Shown here: piece after piece, positions 1-9,621 of the stretch
Layout of the letters: each line of letters starts with the position of its first letter
How positions within the stretch are numbered: the first letter of the stretch is position 1
Assembly: GCA_965207445.1 (NCBI GenBank)
Contig: CBDBLX010000002.1
Location: forward strand, 928,001 to 992,000
Source: Nitrosopumilus sp.
Lineage (GTDB): Archaea; Thermoproteota; Nitrososphaeria; Nitrososphaerales; Nitrosopumilaceae
DNA: 64,000 nt
Direction: 5' to 3'
Notes under the pieces: generated by a model
Databases searched by the model: none
Told to the model about the DNA's origin: nothing
Seen by the model: the letters and a program-made list of their open reading frames with translations, nothing else
Made by a program: the position numbers and the translations under genes

Positions 1-1
1 T

Positions 2-253
2 CCTGACCCTGATAATTTACACAAAAAAAAGAAGATTAGAATTGTACACCAACAAGGCCAATTTAGTAAAGATGTGATAAAAGAAAGTAGTATCGTACCC
101 ACTGAACTCAATTATAGCATGAGAGGTGGTTGTAGATTTGCGCCGCGATGCCCTTGTGTGATTGATGCATGTGTGCAAGAGCCAGACTTACAAGAAAAAA
201 TTCCTGAGCGTTTCTCAGCATGTCATGTCAATCTTATGAATAATGACACTTGA
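2..253 (+). CDS. 3' end of an oligopeptide/dipeptide ABC transporter ATP-binding protein (partial, runs off the window)
   Basis: Manual frame-2 translation PDPD...GGCRFAPRCPCVIDACVQEPDL...RFSACH matches the Cys-rich OppD/OppF C-terminal domain; stop TGA at 251-253. Confidence 0.8.
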   Translation, partial: PDPDNLHKKKKIRIVHQQGQFSKDVIKESSIVPTELNYSMRGGCRFAPRCPCVIDACVQEPDLQEKIPERFSACHVNLMNNDT

Positions 254-478
254 ATAATTAGTGGTACTTTTTTGTGACAATCTATGTGGTGATCGTATTG
301 TGTAATTTTATGTATGATAATATTGTGTAATTTTATGTATGATCGTATTGTATATATTATTGATACTTGAGTTACGTGTGTTTTGATGCGTTTCTTTTTT
401 TTAAAAAAATAACTCATGGTAAATTATAACATTTGAGTATTTCATTACCTATTTTACCTATGATTTGAATATGTCATT

Positions 479-1237
479 ATGCAAGTGATCCCAATATCTG
501 TAAACTCTGAGATCACATCGTCTGATAATCTTGCAAAGATGATTGTAAATTCTATCACATGTGGTATACACGATGGTGACATTTTAGTCATCTCTCAAAA
601 AGCTGTATCAAAACAAGAAGGCCGTATAGTGAAATTGAACTCTGTGTCTCCTTCTCTACTTGCAAATGGTATTGCATCTCAATATGAAAAAGATCCACGT
701 ATTGTACAATTGATACTTGAAGAATCTACAAGAATCGTTCGTATGCGTGATGGCATAATTATTGTGGAGACTTTTTGTGGATTTGTATGCGCAAATGCTG
801 GTGTTGATGAGAGTAATGTGCAACAGGGATATGCAACATTACTTCCAATTGACCCTGATGCATCTGCGCGTAGATTGAAATCTGAAATATCACAAATGAC
901 GTCATGTGATATATCTGTAGTAATATCTGATACATTTGGCAGACCATTCAGATTAGGTCAAGTTGACTGTGCCATTGGAGTTGCTGGGTTCAAACCACTT
1001 GTAAGTTACGCTGGCAACACAGATACATTTGGACGAATGCTTCGTGTCACAGAGATTACTGTTGCCGATGAGATTGCGTCTTCTGCTGAGCTTGTCATGG
1101 GTAAAACAAAGTTATGTCCTGCTGCAATCATTAGAGATTTTGACTTTGCACATGATATACATGATGATTCTGAGGATGTATCGTATATTGGTGCACGTAC
1201 AATATGCAGATCTCGTACTAATGATCTCTTCAGATAA
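479..1237 (+). CDS. cofE: Coenzyme F420-0:L-glutamate ligase
   Basis: Motifs SQKAVSKQEGR, CANAGVDESN, SDTFGRPFR and ADEIAS. Confidence 0.93.
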   Translation: MQVIPISVNSEITSSDNLAKMIVNSITCGIHDGDILVISQKAVSKQEGRIVKLNSVSPSLLANGIASQYEKDPRIVQLILEESTRIVRMRDGIIIVETFCGFVCANAGVDESNVQQGYATLLPIDPDASARRLKSEISQMTSCDISVVISDTFGRPFRLGQVDCAIGVAGFKPLVSYAGNTDTFGRMLRVTEITVADEIASSAELVMGKTKLCPAAIIRDFDFAHDIHDDSEDVSYIGARTICRSRTNDLFR

Positions 1238-1607
1238 GTGCTCGTTTTGCATTTTCTTTTGAGACAACTATGGTGCATGCTTGTGTACTATGTTAATATT
1301 TTTGATACTGTTGATGCAGATGTAAATTTAGCGCACCTGCAACTAAATGATATTTGATATATTGACATTTTATTTGAGATCATTTTACATATTGAGTTAT
1401 TTGTATATTGAGTTATTTGCATTGTTGTTTAAGAAAATTTATTGTAAATTTTTATTTTGATATGTTTTGTAATTGTTGTGTGATTTCGTATATGTTTGAG
1501 TATTAATTAGTGGTTTATTTTATTTATTTACTTGTACATTTAATTAATCACTTAATCGATATGATCACTTAATTAATATAATAACATATAATAATTTACC
1601 CACATCG

Positions 1608-1689
1608 ATAACCGTTCAACCCTTGTGTGTCTGCGCCATATACAGTTTGCGAATCTATGCCTATATTTGGGAAGGAGTAGAACGGTTAC
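1608..1689 (-). mobile_element. ~83-bp MITE, family A (IS66-like GTAACCGTTCA ends), copy 1, reverse orientation
   Basis: Terminal IRs ATAACCGTTCAAC / GTAGAACGGTTAC; the reverse complement aligns with the copies at 20888, 22248, 28589 and 33345. Confidence 0.75.
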
Positions 1690-1738
1690 CTCATATCGTT
1701 TCAATAAGATTATAATCTAAAATTATGCACTTTTTATT

Positions 1739-2656
1739 ATGTCAATTTTAAAATCCGAACTCCATTGCCATAACTCGTTTTCAAATCATCACTTGGGTGA
1801 TGATGAGCCACCTTTTGATTGTGATGTTTCAATATGTGATCAACTTGAACGTATACGTGTATTGGGACTTGACACTGTATTTGTCACAAACCATAACACA
1901 CTTGACGGTTTCAAACAGATGCTTGAATATAAAAACAATCATGAAAAATTTTCCAAAATTGCCATATATCCTGCCGAAGAGGTTACTACTGATAATGGCG
2001 CACATGTGCTTGTATATGGTATACATGAACCAATACCTTTTGGAACGCCGCTTGATGTAATACTTGATGATGTAAAGCGTCAAGGTGGTGTTTCGTCTGC
2101 ACCTCATCCGTTTAGCTTGCTAGATGCGCTTCGTGATGATGCATCAAAGTGTGATATGATTGAGACATTTAACAGCAATAACGTTGATGTACTCTCAAAC
2201 ATGCGCGCATCGCAATTTAGTGTTGAGCACAATATGATTCAAGTTGCCGGTAGTGATTCACACGTACTCTCAACACTTGGTAGATGTGTGAATAATGTGT
2301 ATTCTGAGAACAATCTTGATGATATTTTGCACGCATTAAAACATGGCAAGATCGAGGTATGTCACACTGGATATGCTCTACAGGATGAAACACTTGATCA
2401 TCTAAAGTACAAATTAAATAATTCGCGTGACTATGTTACACAGTATATTGCAGATAATTATCCAAACGCACAGTGGTTTTTGAAACTGCTTCTTTGGATG
2501 TATGATCATAATCAAGATAGTCGTATGTGGGGATACATATATGACTTGTGTGTATGGGCTATGAAAAGAATATCGCGTAAGATTAACTTTCAGGACCTTA
2601 ATCCTGATTTTATGAAACAGCGAAATCTCGCTACTATTCTCTACAACGCATTTTGA
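1739..2656 (+). CDS. PHP-domain metal-dependent phosphoesterase
   Basis: ELHCH, TNHN, EE, APHP and GSDSH metal-binding motifs. Confidence 0.88.
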   Translation: MSILKSELHCHNSFSNHHLGDDEPPFDCDVSICDQLERIRVLGLDTVFVTNHNTLDGFKQMLEYKNNHEKFSKIAIYPAEEVTTDNGAHVLVYGIHEPIPFGTPLDVILDDVKRQGGVSSAPHPFSLLDALRDDASKCDMIETFNSNNVDVLSNMRASQFSVEHNMIQVAGSDSHVLSTLGRCVNNVYSENNLDDILHALKHGKIEVCHTGYALQDETLDHLKYKLNNSRDYVTQYIADNYPNAQWFLKLLLWMYDHNQDSRMWGYIYDLCVWAMKRISRKINFQDLNPDFMKQRNLATILYNAF

Positions 2657-2823
2657 GTTTTTAGAAAATATTCACTAAATGCCTGTTTTTTAATTGCATC
2701 AATCTGAGCCTTGGAGCGTCTCTGCTTGCCAGACTTTGGATTGTCATTTTCTACTAGTGTTTTTGATCTTGATTGGATAGTTTCGCCTACTGCCTTTTCT
2801 TCCTGAACTGTTTTTTGTTTCAT
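2641..2823 (-). CDS. Small basic hypothetical protein
   Basis: ORF from ATG 2823 (MKQKTVQEEK...); no recognisable motif. Confidence 0.4.
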   Translation of the reverse strand: MKQKTVQEEKAVGETIQSRSKTLVENDNPKSGKQRRSKAQIDAIKKQAFSEYFLKTQNAL

Positions 2824-2954
2824 TATGTATATATCACCAATTGTATATGTAAGTATGTGTGCGTGCAATCCGATGTAAGTGACATTATAAGTGTGAACCA
2901 ACCTCCCTGACTGATATATTCATTTAAAATTTGAATATGCATAAATAAAATAAT

Positions 2955-3358
2955 TTAGTTCATACTCTCGATCTCCTCGGCCTCCATGACCTCTCACCTC
3001 GCAACAAAGGCGCGGTACAGCATCCCAAACTCTTTGCGGTCATACACGGTCATTGTATGCAGCCTTGCGTCGGATTCTAGCACCCTCCTCATGTTCGCAA
3101 TGCACAATTTCGCGTCTCCGGCGCTTTTCAGTAGAGTTGAACCATCAACGACGGGCACGTCAGGTAGCCAGTCCTTTTCTTCCTTGTCGTCGCTGACGCA
3201 GAAACACTGATCATAATTTTCCCCTTGGACTTCCCCGCGCCCTTTAGTTTCTGCATTCCCACGCCGAATTGCCGCGGAGTTTCTTTATAGATCTTTTGAT
3301 TAAGATCACATAATCCATTTTCTGGGCAGATCTTAGGCGCGAAAATGTTTATGTTCAT
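2955..3358 (-). pseudogene. GC-elevated, frameshifted gene relic of unknown family
   Basis: Higher GC than the flanks; protein-like text in two frames (..DKEEKDWLPDVPVVDG..IANMRRVLESDARL..) with an internal stop. Confidence 0.3.
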
Positions 3359-3385
3359 TAAAAATATGCCGATTATGTATATTGT

Positions 3386-3706
3386 CTAATCTAATACACA
3401 TGGCAATATTTGATCGGTTTTATCCGATCTGTAATAGCATATATCGTGTTGTGCAAGTGGAAGTATCTTTTCGTTTGGTACCATATGTCCATTTTCATCA
3501 ACAACTCTGCAATTTGAAGGTTCGGCAAAATAGTTAATGTCGCACGTTACTTCCCAACCATGGTAGTCGTACAAAAAATAAGATTTGTTGTCACCCCAAG
3601 TCTTATAGTTTATTATGTGATCTAATGTCATATAACATATAGTGACTGCCACAGTAACTGTAAGAACTAAAAAAACAAATCTAGAGGTAGACCTAATAGT
3701 GATCAT
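3386..3706 (-). CDS. Small membrane-anchored Cys-containing hypothetical protein
   Basis: N-terminal hydrophobic segment (FVFLVLTVTVAVTIC) plus four Cys; the start overlaps the stop of the upstream gene. Confidence 0.55.
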   Translation of the reverse strand: MITIRSTSRFVFLVLTVTVAVTICYMTLDHIINYKTWGDNKSYFLYDYHGWEVTCDINYFAEPSNCRVVDENGHMVPNEKILPLAQHDICYYRSDKTDQILPCVLD

Positions 3707-4493
3707 GCCAATACACCACAAATCCAATCCACCAATAAGTAGGCGGCGAGTAATCCAAAACCTCTGGATTTGGTTCATTGTCATGATTTAGGGTATACCA
3801 TCCAGAAGCCGTTACACCTCCCAACACGAGACCAGGAAGTGCATCCGGTTCGTAAACATTCCACTCATCTCTGAATTCACCGTTTGTACAACTGCCCTGT
3901 CCTGTGATATTTTTTTCTGCATATACAAGATCGCCCCAATCTGCATAAGGCCAGTTTACAATGTGTTGGCCGTTGTTGCGAAGCCAAGTCTCAATATTGG
4001 ATTGACTTGCGTGGCCATTAGTACCAATGTAGAGTGTTGGCGTCGGAGGATACGTAGAGGTTACGCCATTCGTAATTCCGCATGCAGATGAGTCCCAGAA
4101 CCCGGCGCCGGTAACTCCGCCCGGGGGCGGTGCCTGATAGGCGGTATCATTGAATACCATAGCAAATTTTCCATCGTGCAGATTGGTTTTTGCTATCGCA
4201 ATCAGGGTGTCATTTTCGCTGATCATGGCCTTGATCAGTGCGTTATGAAGTCTCGCATATTGTTTGACAATCTTGATCTCTTTTTTTGGCATTCCAGATT
4301 CTTTCATGGATTTTACGTCGACTTTCATCTTGTTCTTGTCGTTAAAAGATATGTTGTCGTCTGCATTAAAGAATGCCCGATCTACTTGTTCTCGCGTATA
4401 CGTTTTGGCTGCACTTGCACTGTCAATCATTGTAGGTACCAACAATGTTGCAATCAACAGCGCAAACAAAACCGTCGATACTTTTGCAAGCAT
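3693..4493 (-). CDS. Secreted hypothetical protein
   Basis: Signal peptide ending ..SASA/A; Lys-rich N-terminal half; Gly/Trp/Cys-rich C-terminal half ending EPNPEVLDY..WW..YWH. Confidence 0.75.
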   Translation of the reverse strand: MLAKVSTVLFALLIATLLVPTMIDSASAAKTYTREQVDRAFFNADDNISFNDKNKMKVDVKSMKESGMPKKEIKIVKQYARLHNALIKAMISENDTLIAIAKTNLHDGKFAMVFNDTAYQAPPPGGVTGAGFWDSSACGITNGVTSTYPPTPTLYIGTNGHASQSNIETWLRNNGQHIVNWPYADWGDLVYAEKNITGQGSCTNGEFRDEWNVYEPDALPGLVLGGVTASGWYTLNHDNEPNPEVLDYSPPTYWWIGFVVYWHDHY

Positions 4494-4524
4494 GAAACTC
4501 GGCAATAACTTCCATTAATAAGTA

Positions 4525-6211
4525 TAGCGACGAGCATAAGTTTCGGTACAGTGAATTTTTGTGATTTCGTGCCTGAAATAATCACATGTGGCAAAGTCCA
4601 ATTGTGAAAACGTTACAGGAACCCACAATATGGCTATTTTTATGTTCAAAATTATGGCAATATGTTGTAATATGCACAATCATACAGCCAAAGAATGGAA
4701 TACAATTCAAGATTGAGATGGATGACTACGATGTGTGCTTACGCGTAGCGAACCATGTTGAGAGAAGATGTACCCGAGCAATAATGCAATTTCATATTGC
4801 TAGTTTGTCTTTTTCTTTTTTGTTTTTGTTGTTGTTGCTATCGGGACAGTTATGTTACATTTCTCTGCTTCAGAACTCAGTTCACCTTCCAATCTGACGA
4901 TTGGACGCATTACCCCTTTGGGCGGTTTCCGTTTCCAGAATTTGGTAAAATTATAATCAAACATGTATTCGTTGATAAATTTGAATACTGCTTCTTTGTG
5001 TGCATCAACAGTTGCATATCTTATAGAATTGTTGATTGATAATTTGAGTACGCCCCACAGTTCCTCAACAGGATTTAGGTACGGATGCCCTACTGGATAC
5101 CACACTAACATAATGTCCGGGTGGTTTTTGAAATATTTCATTGCATCATTTGAGGTGTGATATGTTGCTCTGTCAAGAACAAGCACCATCTTTCCAATTT
5201 TTTGGTACATACGATCAACATGCTCCAAAAATGAGGCAGTGTTTGCAGTGCTACAGGAATTATAGAATAATTCTCCAGTTGATGTCATTGAACATAGCAT
5301 GCTGAATCTATGATGATTCCCACTCCAAAACGAGTATATGCGTACTCCCACTTTTGACCAAAACTTACGTGACCTCTCAGAATCTCGAATGTGTGATTCA
5401 TCCATTGTCACTATTGTGTATCCTTTTTTGCTAAACTTTTCTAGCGTTTTAAAGAGTCGATATCTCCAGACTCGAACAGTTGTCATCTTGGCACGATTGA
5501 TCTCAATTGGTTCTGTCTTTTTCTTTGAGCACTTCCACTGTCTCATGTATCTTCGAACTTGTGTTATACTTAGCCGCGTACCGGACAACTCAAATATCTT
5601 ATCAGATATTTCAATAGATTCAAAACCTTTGCCATCACACCATTGTCTTACTTTATCAAGTATGGCTCTGTCAACTTTTGTCGGGCATCCTGATCTGGGT
5701 TTGTCTGATAATGCATCTCGAATACCTTTTGGTGTCTTTCTTGCAGCCTTTAATCTGTACCACCACATTGAAACTGTTCTTCTATCGCAGCTGTGTTTTC
5801 GTCCAGTATCACTAAATGTACCCAAACTAAAAAACAAAATCAACATGCACAATCTGCGTACGACACGACTGTCTTTTTCGGTTTTTCTTATCTTCGACAA
5901 CTGCTCACGCATGTCCATACTCTAGTAAATAAATTGATCATTTAAAACCTTCCTAAAATTAGGCACGCCTAAGCGTGCCGCAAAATTTTTGCGGTAACGC
6001 AGCATATTTGCCAATTACAAACTAGCAAAGTATAAAGTACTAATTTCTTTGGCATGGTACACACACTGCACTTTTTACAATGCACACCTGAAATGTATCT
6101 ATTCATATTAAAAACAGATGTAACGCTTTCAAAATACAATGTTTTTACATATGATCTTTTCAGGCATAAAATCGTGTAAAATTGGTGTACATGGACTTAT
6201 GCTCGTCGCTA
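4525..6211 (-). mobile_element. IS630-family element, copy 1 (1687 bp)
   Basis: TIR TAGCGACGAGCATAAGT / ACTTATGCTCGTCGCTA, flanked by TA (4523-24, 6212-13); near-identical copy at 14193-15880. Confidence 0.95.
4800..5918 (-). CDS. IS630-family transposase
   Basis: HTH plus DKPRSGCP; catalytic motifs MDES, LDRATYH and PYLNPVEELW. Confidence 0.95.
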   Translation of the reverse strand: MDMREQLSKIRKTEKDSRVVRRLCMLILFFSLGTFSDTGRKHSCDRRTVSMWWYRLKAARKTPKGIRDALSDKPRSGCPTKVDRAILDKVRQWCDGKGFESIEISDKIFELSGTRLSITQVRRYMRQWKCSKKKTEPIEINRAKMTTVRVWRYRLFKTLEKFSKKGYTIVTMDESHIRDSERSRKFWSKVGVRIYSFWSGNHHRFSMLCSMTSTGELFYNSCSTANTASFLEHVDRMYQKIGKMVLVLDRATYHTSNDAMKYFKNHPDIMLVWYPVGHPYLNPVEELWGVLKLSINNSIRYATVDAHKEAVFKFINEYMFDYNFTKFWKRKPPKGVMRPIVRLEGELSSEAEKCNITVPIATTTKTKKKKTN

Positions 6212-6539
6212 TATGTAAGGGTGAGGTTGGTGCGTAATTGACATTAGGCCTGCCTGTGACCCTTCTGTGAACTTACTCGGTTTATTGCACATTCAATCTG
6301 CAGAAGACTAAACTCTATCTATAGTACGTTTCGTTTTTGAATATACATGTGTGTTATTTTGGCAGACATAGATTATGGAACATAAAGCGTGCAAGTGTGA
6401 TCGCAGTCAATATCATTTGTATGATGGAATCTTTTGCCTTTTTTCATGAGCGCAGATAAATCTATTCCGGACGTTGATATTCCATGCAATCGATAGTATT
6501 TTACCAAACCGTTTTCTGTTTTTGGCCAGACGCATACGA

Positions 6540-7471
6540 CAGTAGTTCGCAATGTGTTTTATATGATTTTATTTGAATGATCTACAATGTCGTTAAACGT
6601 TGATGATCATACTTGATCAGATCAAATATAAAATATAATATATGGGAACATTTTAGTACCTCTGATTGTATATGAAAAATGAGGTACTAGAACATCAATA
6701 TGAATTAGGACAAGTAAATTATAAAGTTTTACGAAAACGATTCAACGATCTCGGATTAAACATATCAACCAGATATAACAGCAAGTATGTGGTGGTTGAT
6801 TATCTTGGTACACTTGCCACCATGGCACTTGACAACATGTGCGTAAATGCAGCAACACACAAAAGAAAACGCAATGAGGCTAACTATTTTAGAAAAAGCG
6901 AGCGCATAAACACACCATCTGAAAATACTGTGCTCAAATGCCTAAATAGTGCAGATCTAGAGAAAGTAAAACAATGGTGTGACGAGAACGTCAAAACAAT
7001 GCTCAATAATGTCAAAAAACACAACATACTCAAAAAAGGCGTGGTACGTGTGAACCAAGATCCGTGTCTAGAAAATCCACCAAACACCATTTTCCACGCA
7101 CAGAACTTGGTTCACACCGTGGTACTATTTGCAATTGATATGACCGGATGGGAATATTATGGCAAGGAACTTAAACCTGAGATGCTAAAAACAAAGCCCA
7201 AAAATGACACTGCATGATTTCATTCATTTATGATAACACAAATGCTAAATCAAGCCAGGTAACATACCTTTGTTTGCACATAGTGTGACCAGTAATAATA
7301 AAATGATCATAATCATGCGTAAAATCATTGAAAAATTAATTCGAGAGGACGCACGTCCGGAACTTGGCCTCTTTGATCGAGGTTTTTACAACGTTGCATG
7401 CATAGATGAACTTTTGCGCTTACGTCTGTCTTTCATAATGCCGGCAATCAAAAATAAGCGCATACAAAAGT
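6540..7471 (+). pseudogene. ISH3-family (IS4 superfamily) transposase relic with left end
   Basis: Left end CAGTAGTTCGCAA; motifs FAID..EYYG, KPK.DT and FDRGFY..FIMP; stops and frameshift at about 7215-7270; 3' truncated. Confidence 0.8.
7048..7117. mobile_element. 70-bp MITE, family B
   Basis: TIR GTGTGAACCAAG / CTTGGTTCACAC with a perfect 8-bp TSD CGTGGTAC (7040-47, 7118-25). Confidence 0.9.
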
Positions 7472-7870
7472 AAAACTCTGGCGATATTTGCAGATGACTT
7501 TGCAAGTATGATGCAAGTGGCGATTTGATGAATTACGCACCAACCTCCCTTTTAGTCTAAAGATCATTAGATGTGTTTTATTTGCTGTTTGTATGATGTA
7601 GTGATGCTTTTTTTGTTTTTTGTGTTAAATCTCATTTAGATTAGATCTGATGCATTCTCAAATTTTACATCGTTGATCTCTGGTCTTGTTGTAAATCCAC
7701 AATTGTTGCATTTTGTACCATCAAACGTACGTCTTTCGGATAGCCTATTTGATTTTGTACGATGTTGTGTGCAACTTCTAGGACACAAACGTAATTTTTT
7801 TGTTGGCAACTCTACTGTATGTACAATTGTGTGTCTTTTAGTGTTTATTGGTGGTGTCAAATGTGGCGCT

Positions 7871-8890
7871 CTATGTAGAGAGATAATCGTTTACATCAAG
7901 TGCTGCCATACATCCAAACCCTGCAGCCGTGACTGCTTGTCTGTATATACTATCGTGAACATCACCTGCTGCAAACACTCCTTTTGCGTTTGTATGTTGT
8001 TTGCCATCTTTTAACTCAATGTATCCTTTAGCATCACAATCTATCTGTCCTTTAAACAACTGTGTATTTGGAACGTGTCCTATTGCTACAAAGAGTGCTC
8101 CTGCATCAAGTGTCTCTTTTTGCTCTGTCTTGACATTTTGTAGAGTGACGTTTTGGATCTTTTGATCCCCTGCAATGTCTATTATCTTGCTGTCCCAGTG
8201 AAACTTTATTTTTTCATTGGTAAACGCTCTATTCTGCATGGCCTTGCTTGCACGAAGTTCGTCTCTTCTATGGATTATATGCACATCTTTACCAAATTTT
8301 GTCAAAAATAGTGCTTCTTCTATTGCAGAGTCACCTCCACCTGCTACTATAATTGATTGTCCTTTAAAGAATGGTCCATCACATGTAGCACAGTATGACA
8401 CACCACGTCCTGCAAATGCTTGTTCTCCTTTGAGTCCAAGCTTTTTTGGTGTTGCACCTGTGGCTATTATTATTGCACGTGCTTCATATTCAAAACTTTC
8501 TGTAAGCACTCTCAAATGTTCTTGATCTCTAAAATCTACGTTGGTGACTTCATAATCTATTATCTCTGTTCCCATGTTTTTGCATTGTTCTCTGATCTCC
8601 ATCATTAAATCTGGACCCATTATACCTGACTTGAATCCTGGATAATTCTCAACGTCTGTCGTATTGATGAGTTGTCCTCCTGGCAGTATGCCTGATAAAA
8701 CTAGTGTACTATATCCCCCTCGTGAGCAATAAATTCCTGCTGTGTATCCTGCTGGACCACCACCAATTATTATTACATCATATTTAGTTTTTGGTGAATT
8801 GATATTTTTATTATACTTTTTTCCATTCTCATTGTTGTTGTATCCTACACTCATCTGTGGTGTATCTGCTACTTGAGACATCATGCACAT
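7871..8890 (-). CDS. trxB: Thioredoxin-disulfide reductase
   Basis: GGGPAG, CATCDG, GGGDSA and AAGDV motifs; true start uncertain (Asn/Lys-rich N-terminal extension). Confidence 0.95.
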   Translation of the reverse strand: MCMMSQVADTPQMSVGYNNNENGKKYNKNINSPKTKYDVIIIGGGPAGYTAGIYCSRGGYSTLVLSGILPGGQLINTTDVENYPGFKSGIMGPDLMMEIREQCKNMGTEIIDYEVTNVDFRDQEHLRVLTESFEYEARAIIIATGATPKKLGLKGEQAFAGRGVSYCATCDGPFFKGQSIIVAGGGDSAIEEALFLTKFGKDVHIIHRRDELRASKAMQNRAFTNEKIKFHWDSKIIDIAGDQKIQNVTLQNVKTEQKETLDAGALFVAIGHVPNTQLFKGQIDCDAKGYIELKDGKQHTNAKGVFAAGDVHDSIYRQAVTAAGFGCMAALDVNDYLST

Positions 8891-9099
8891 TCTTCAAAAC
8901 ATGACAAATTTAAGTCAATTTATGAATCCAAATATCTTGTAACAATTTACTAATGTGTATTATAATGGTGTGTATTTTACATTTTTTGAAATAACAAATT
9001 TTTCATCATGACCTGTATGTGACCATAAATGTATTTTGTACCGTACTTGATCGATATATTTATATGTCTGTACCTCAGTGTACCTGATAAGGAAGTAAA

Positions 9100-9486
9100 A
9101 TGCCAAAAGAAGGTTTTAGATCTATCACTGTCTCTGACTATATCTATGACAGATTCCAAGATGCCTATAACGAAAACAAGACTGCCCTTGTCAACAAGGG
9201 TGTGCGTAGCCTGTCAGGATATGTCTCCTATATGCTTGAAGAGGCTATGAATCGCAATGAGACGTTTGCACGGTACGCGCCAAAGATCGAGAGCATCTCT
9301 GTTGAGGATGACCGTGTGATACTAAAAGACAACATCAAAAACCGCATAGTTGAGATAGTCTTCCAAAATGGCGAACTGCATTGCTTTTTATGTGATTCCA
9401 AGGACTGTATGCATGTAGGGTATGTTTTTTCAATGCCTGATGTGTATGAGGCCCTTGACGCTAAAGGTGTTCGTAGGCCATCTTGA
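9100..9486 (+). CDS. Conserved thaumarchaeal hypothetical protein (RHH-like N-terminus, C-terminal CxxC..CxH Zn site)
   Basis: MPKEGFRSITV...LHCFLCDSKDCMH. Confidence 0.75.
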   Translation: MPKEGFRSITVSDYIYDRFQDAYNENKTALVNKGVRSLSGYVSYMLEEAMNRNETFARYAPKIESISVEDDRVILKDNIKNRIVEIVFQNGELHCFLCDSKDCMHVGYVFSMPDVYEALDAKGVRRPS

Positions 9487-9621
9487 TACTGATAATCTTT
9501 TGATTTATTTAGTATCAAATCCTGTCTATTTTTTTATCGTATTTTTGTAATTATGTTGATATATGATTTAATATTTTTTGAATTATTATGGTGCTGCCAT
9601 GTATAATCAAACTATGTATAA

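Larger units (their letters stand above)
6223..7547 (-). mobile_element. Chimeric derivative of the IS5-like element: both ends retained, interior replaced by an ISH3 relic
   Basis: TIR GAGGTTGGTGCGTAATT at 6223 and AATTACGCACCAACCTC ending 7547. 6223-6539 and 7472-7547 match the two ends of the element at 60271-61942. Confidence 0.88.

Noticed and set aside
5338..5925. 195-aa antisense ORF conserved in both IS630 copies
   Set aside because: Conservation is explained by near-identity of the copies; no motif.
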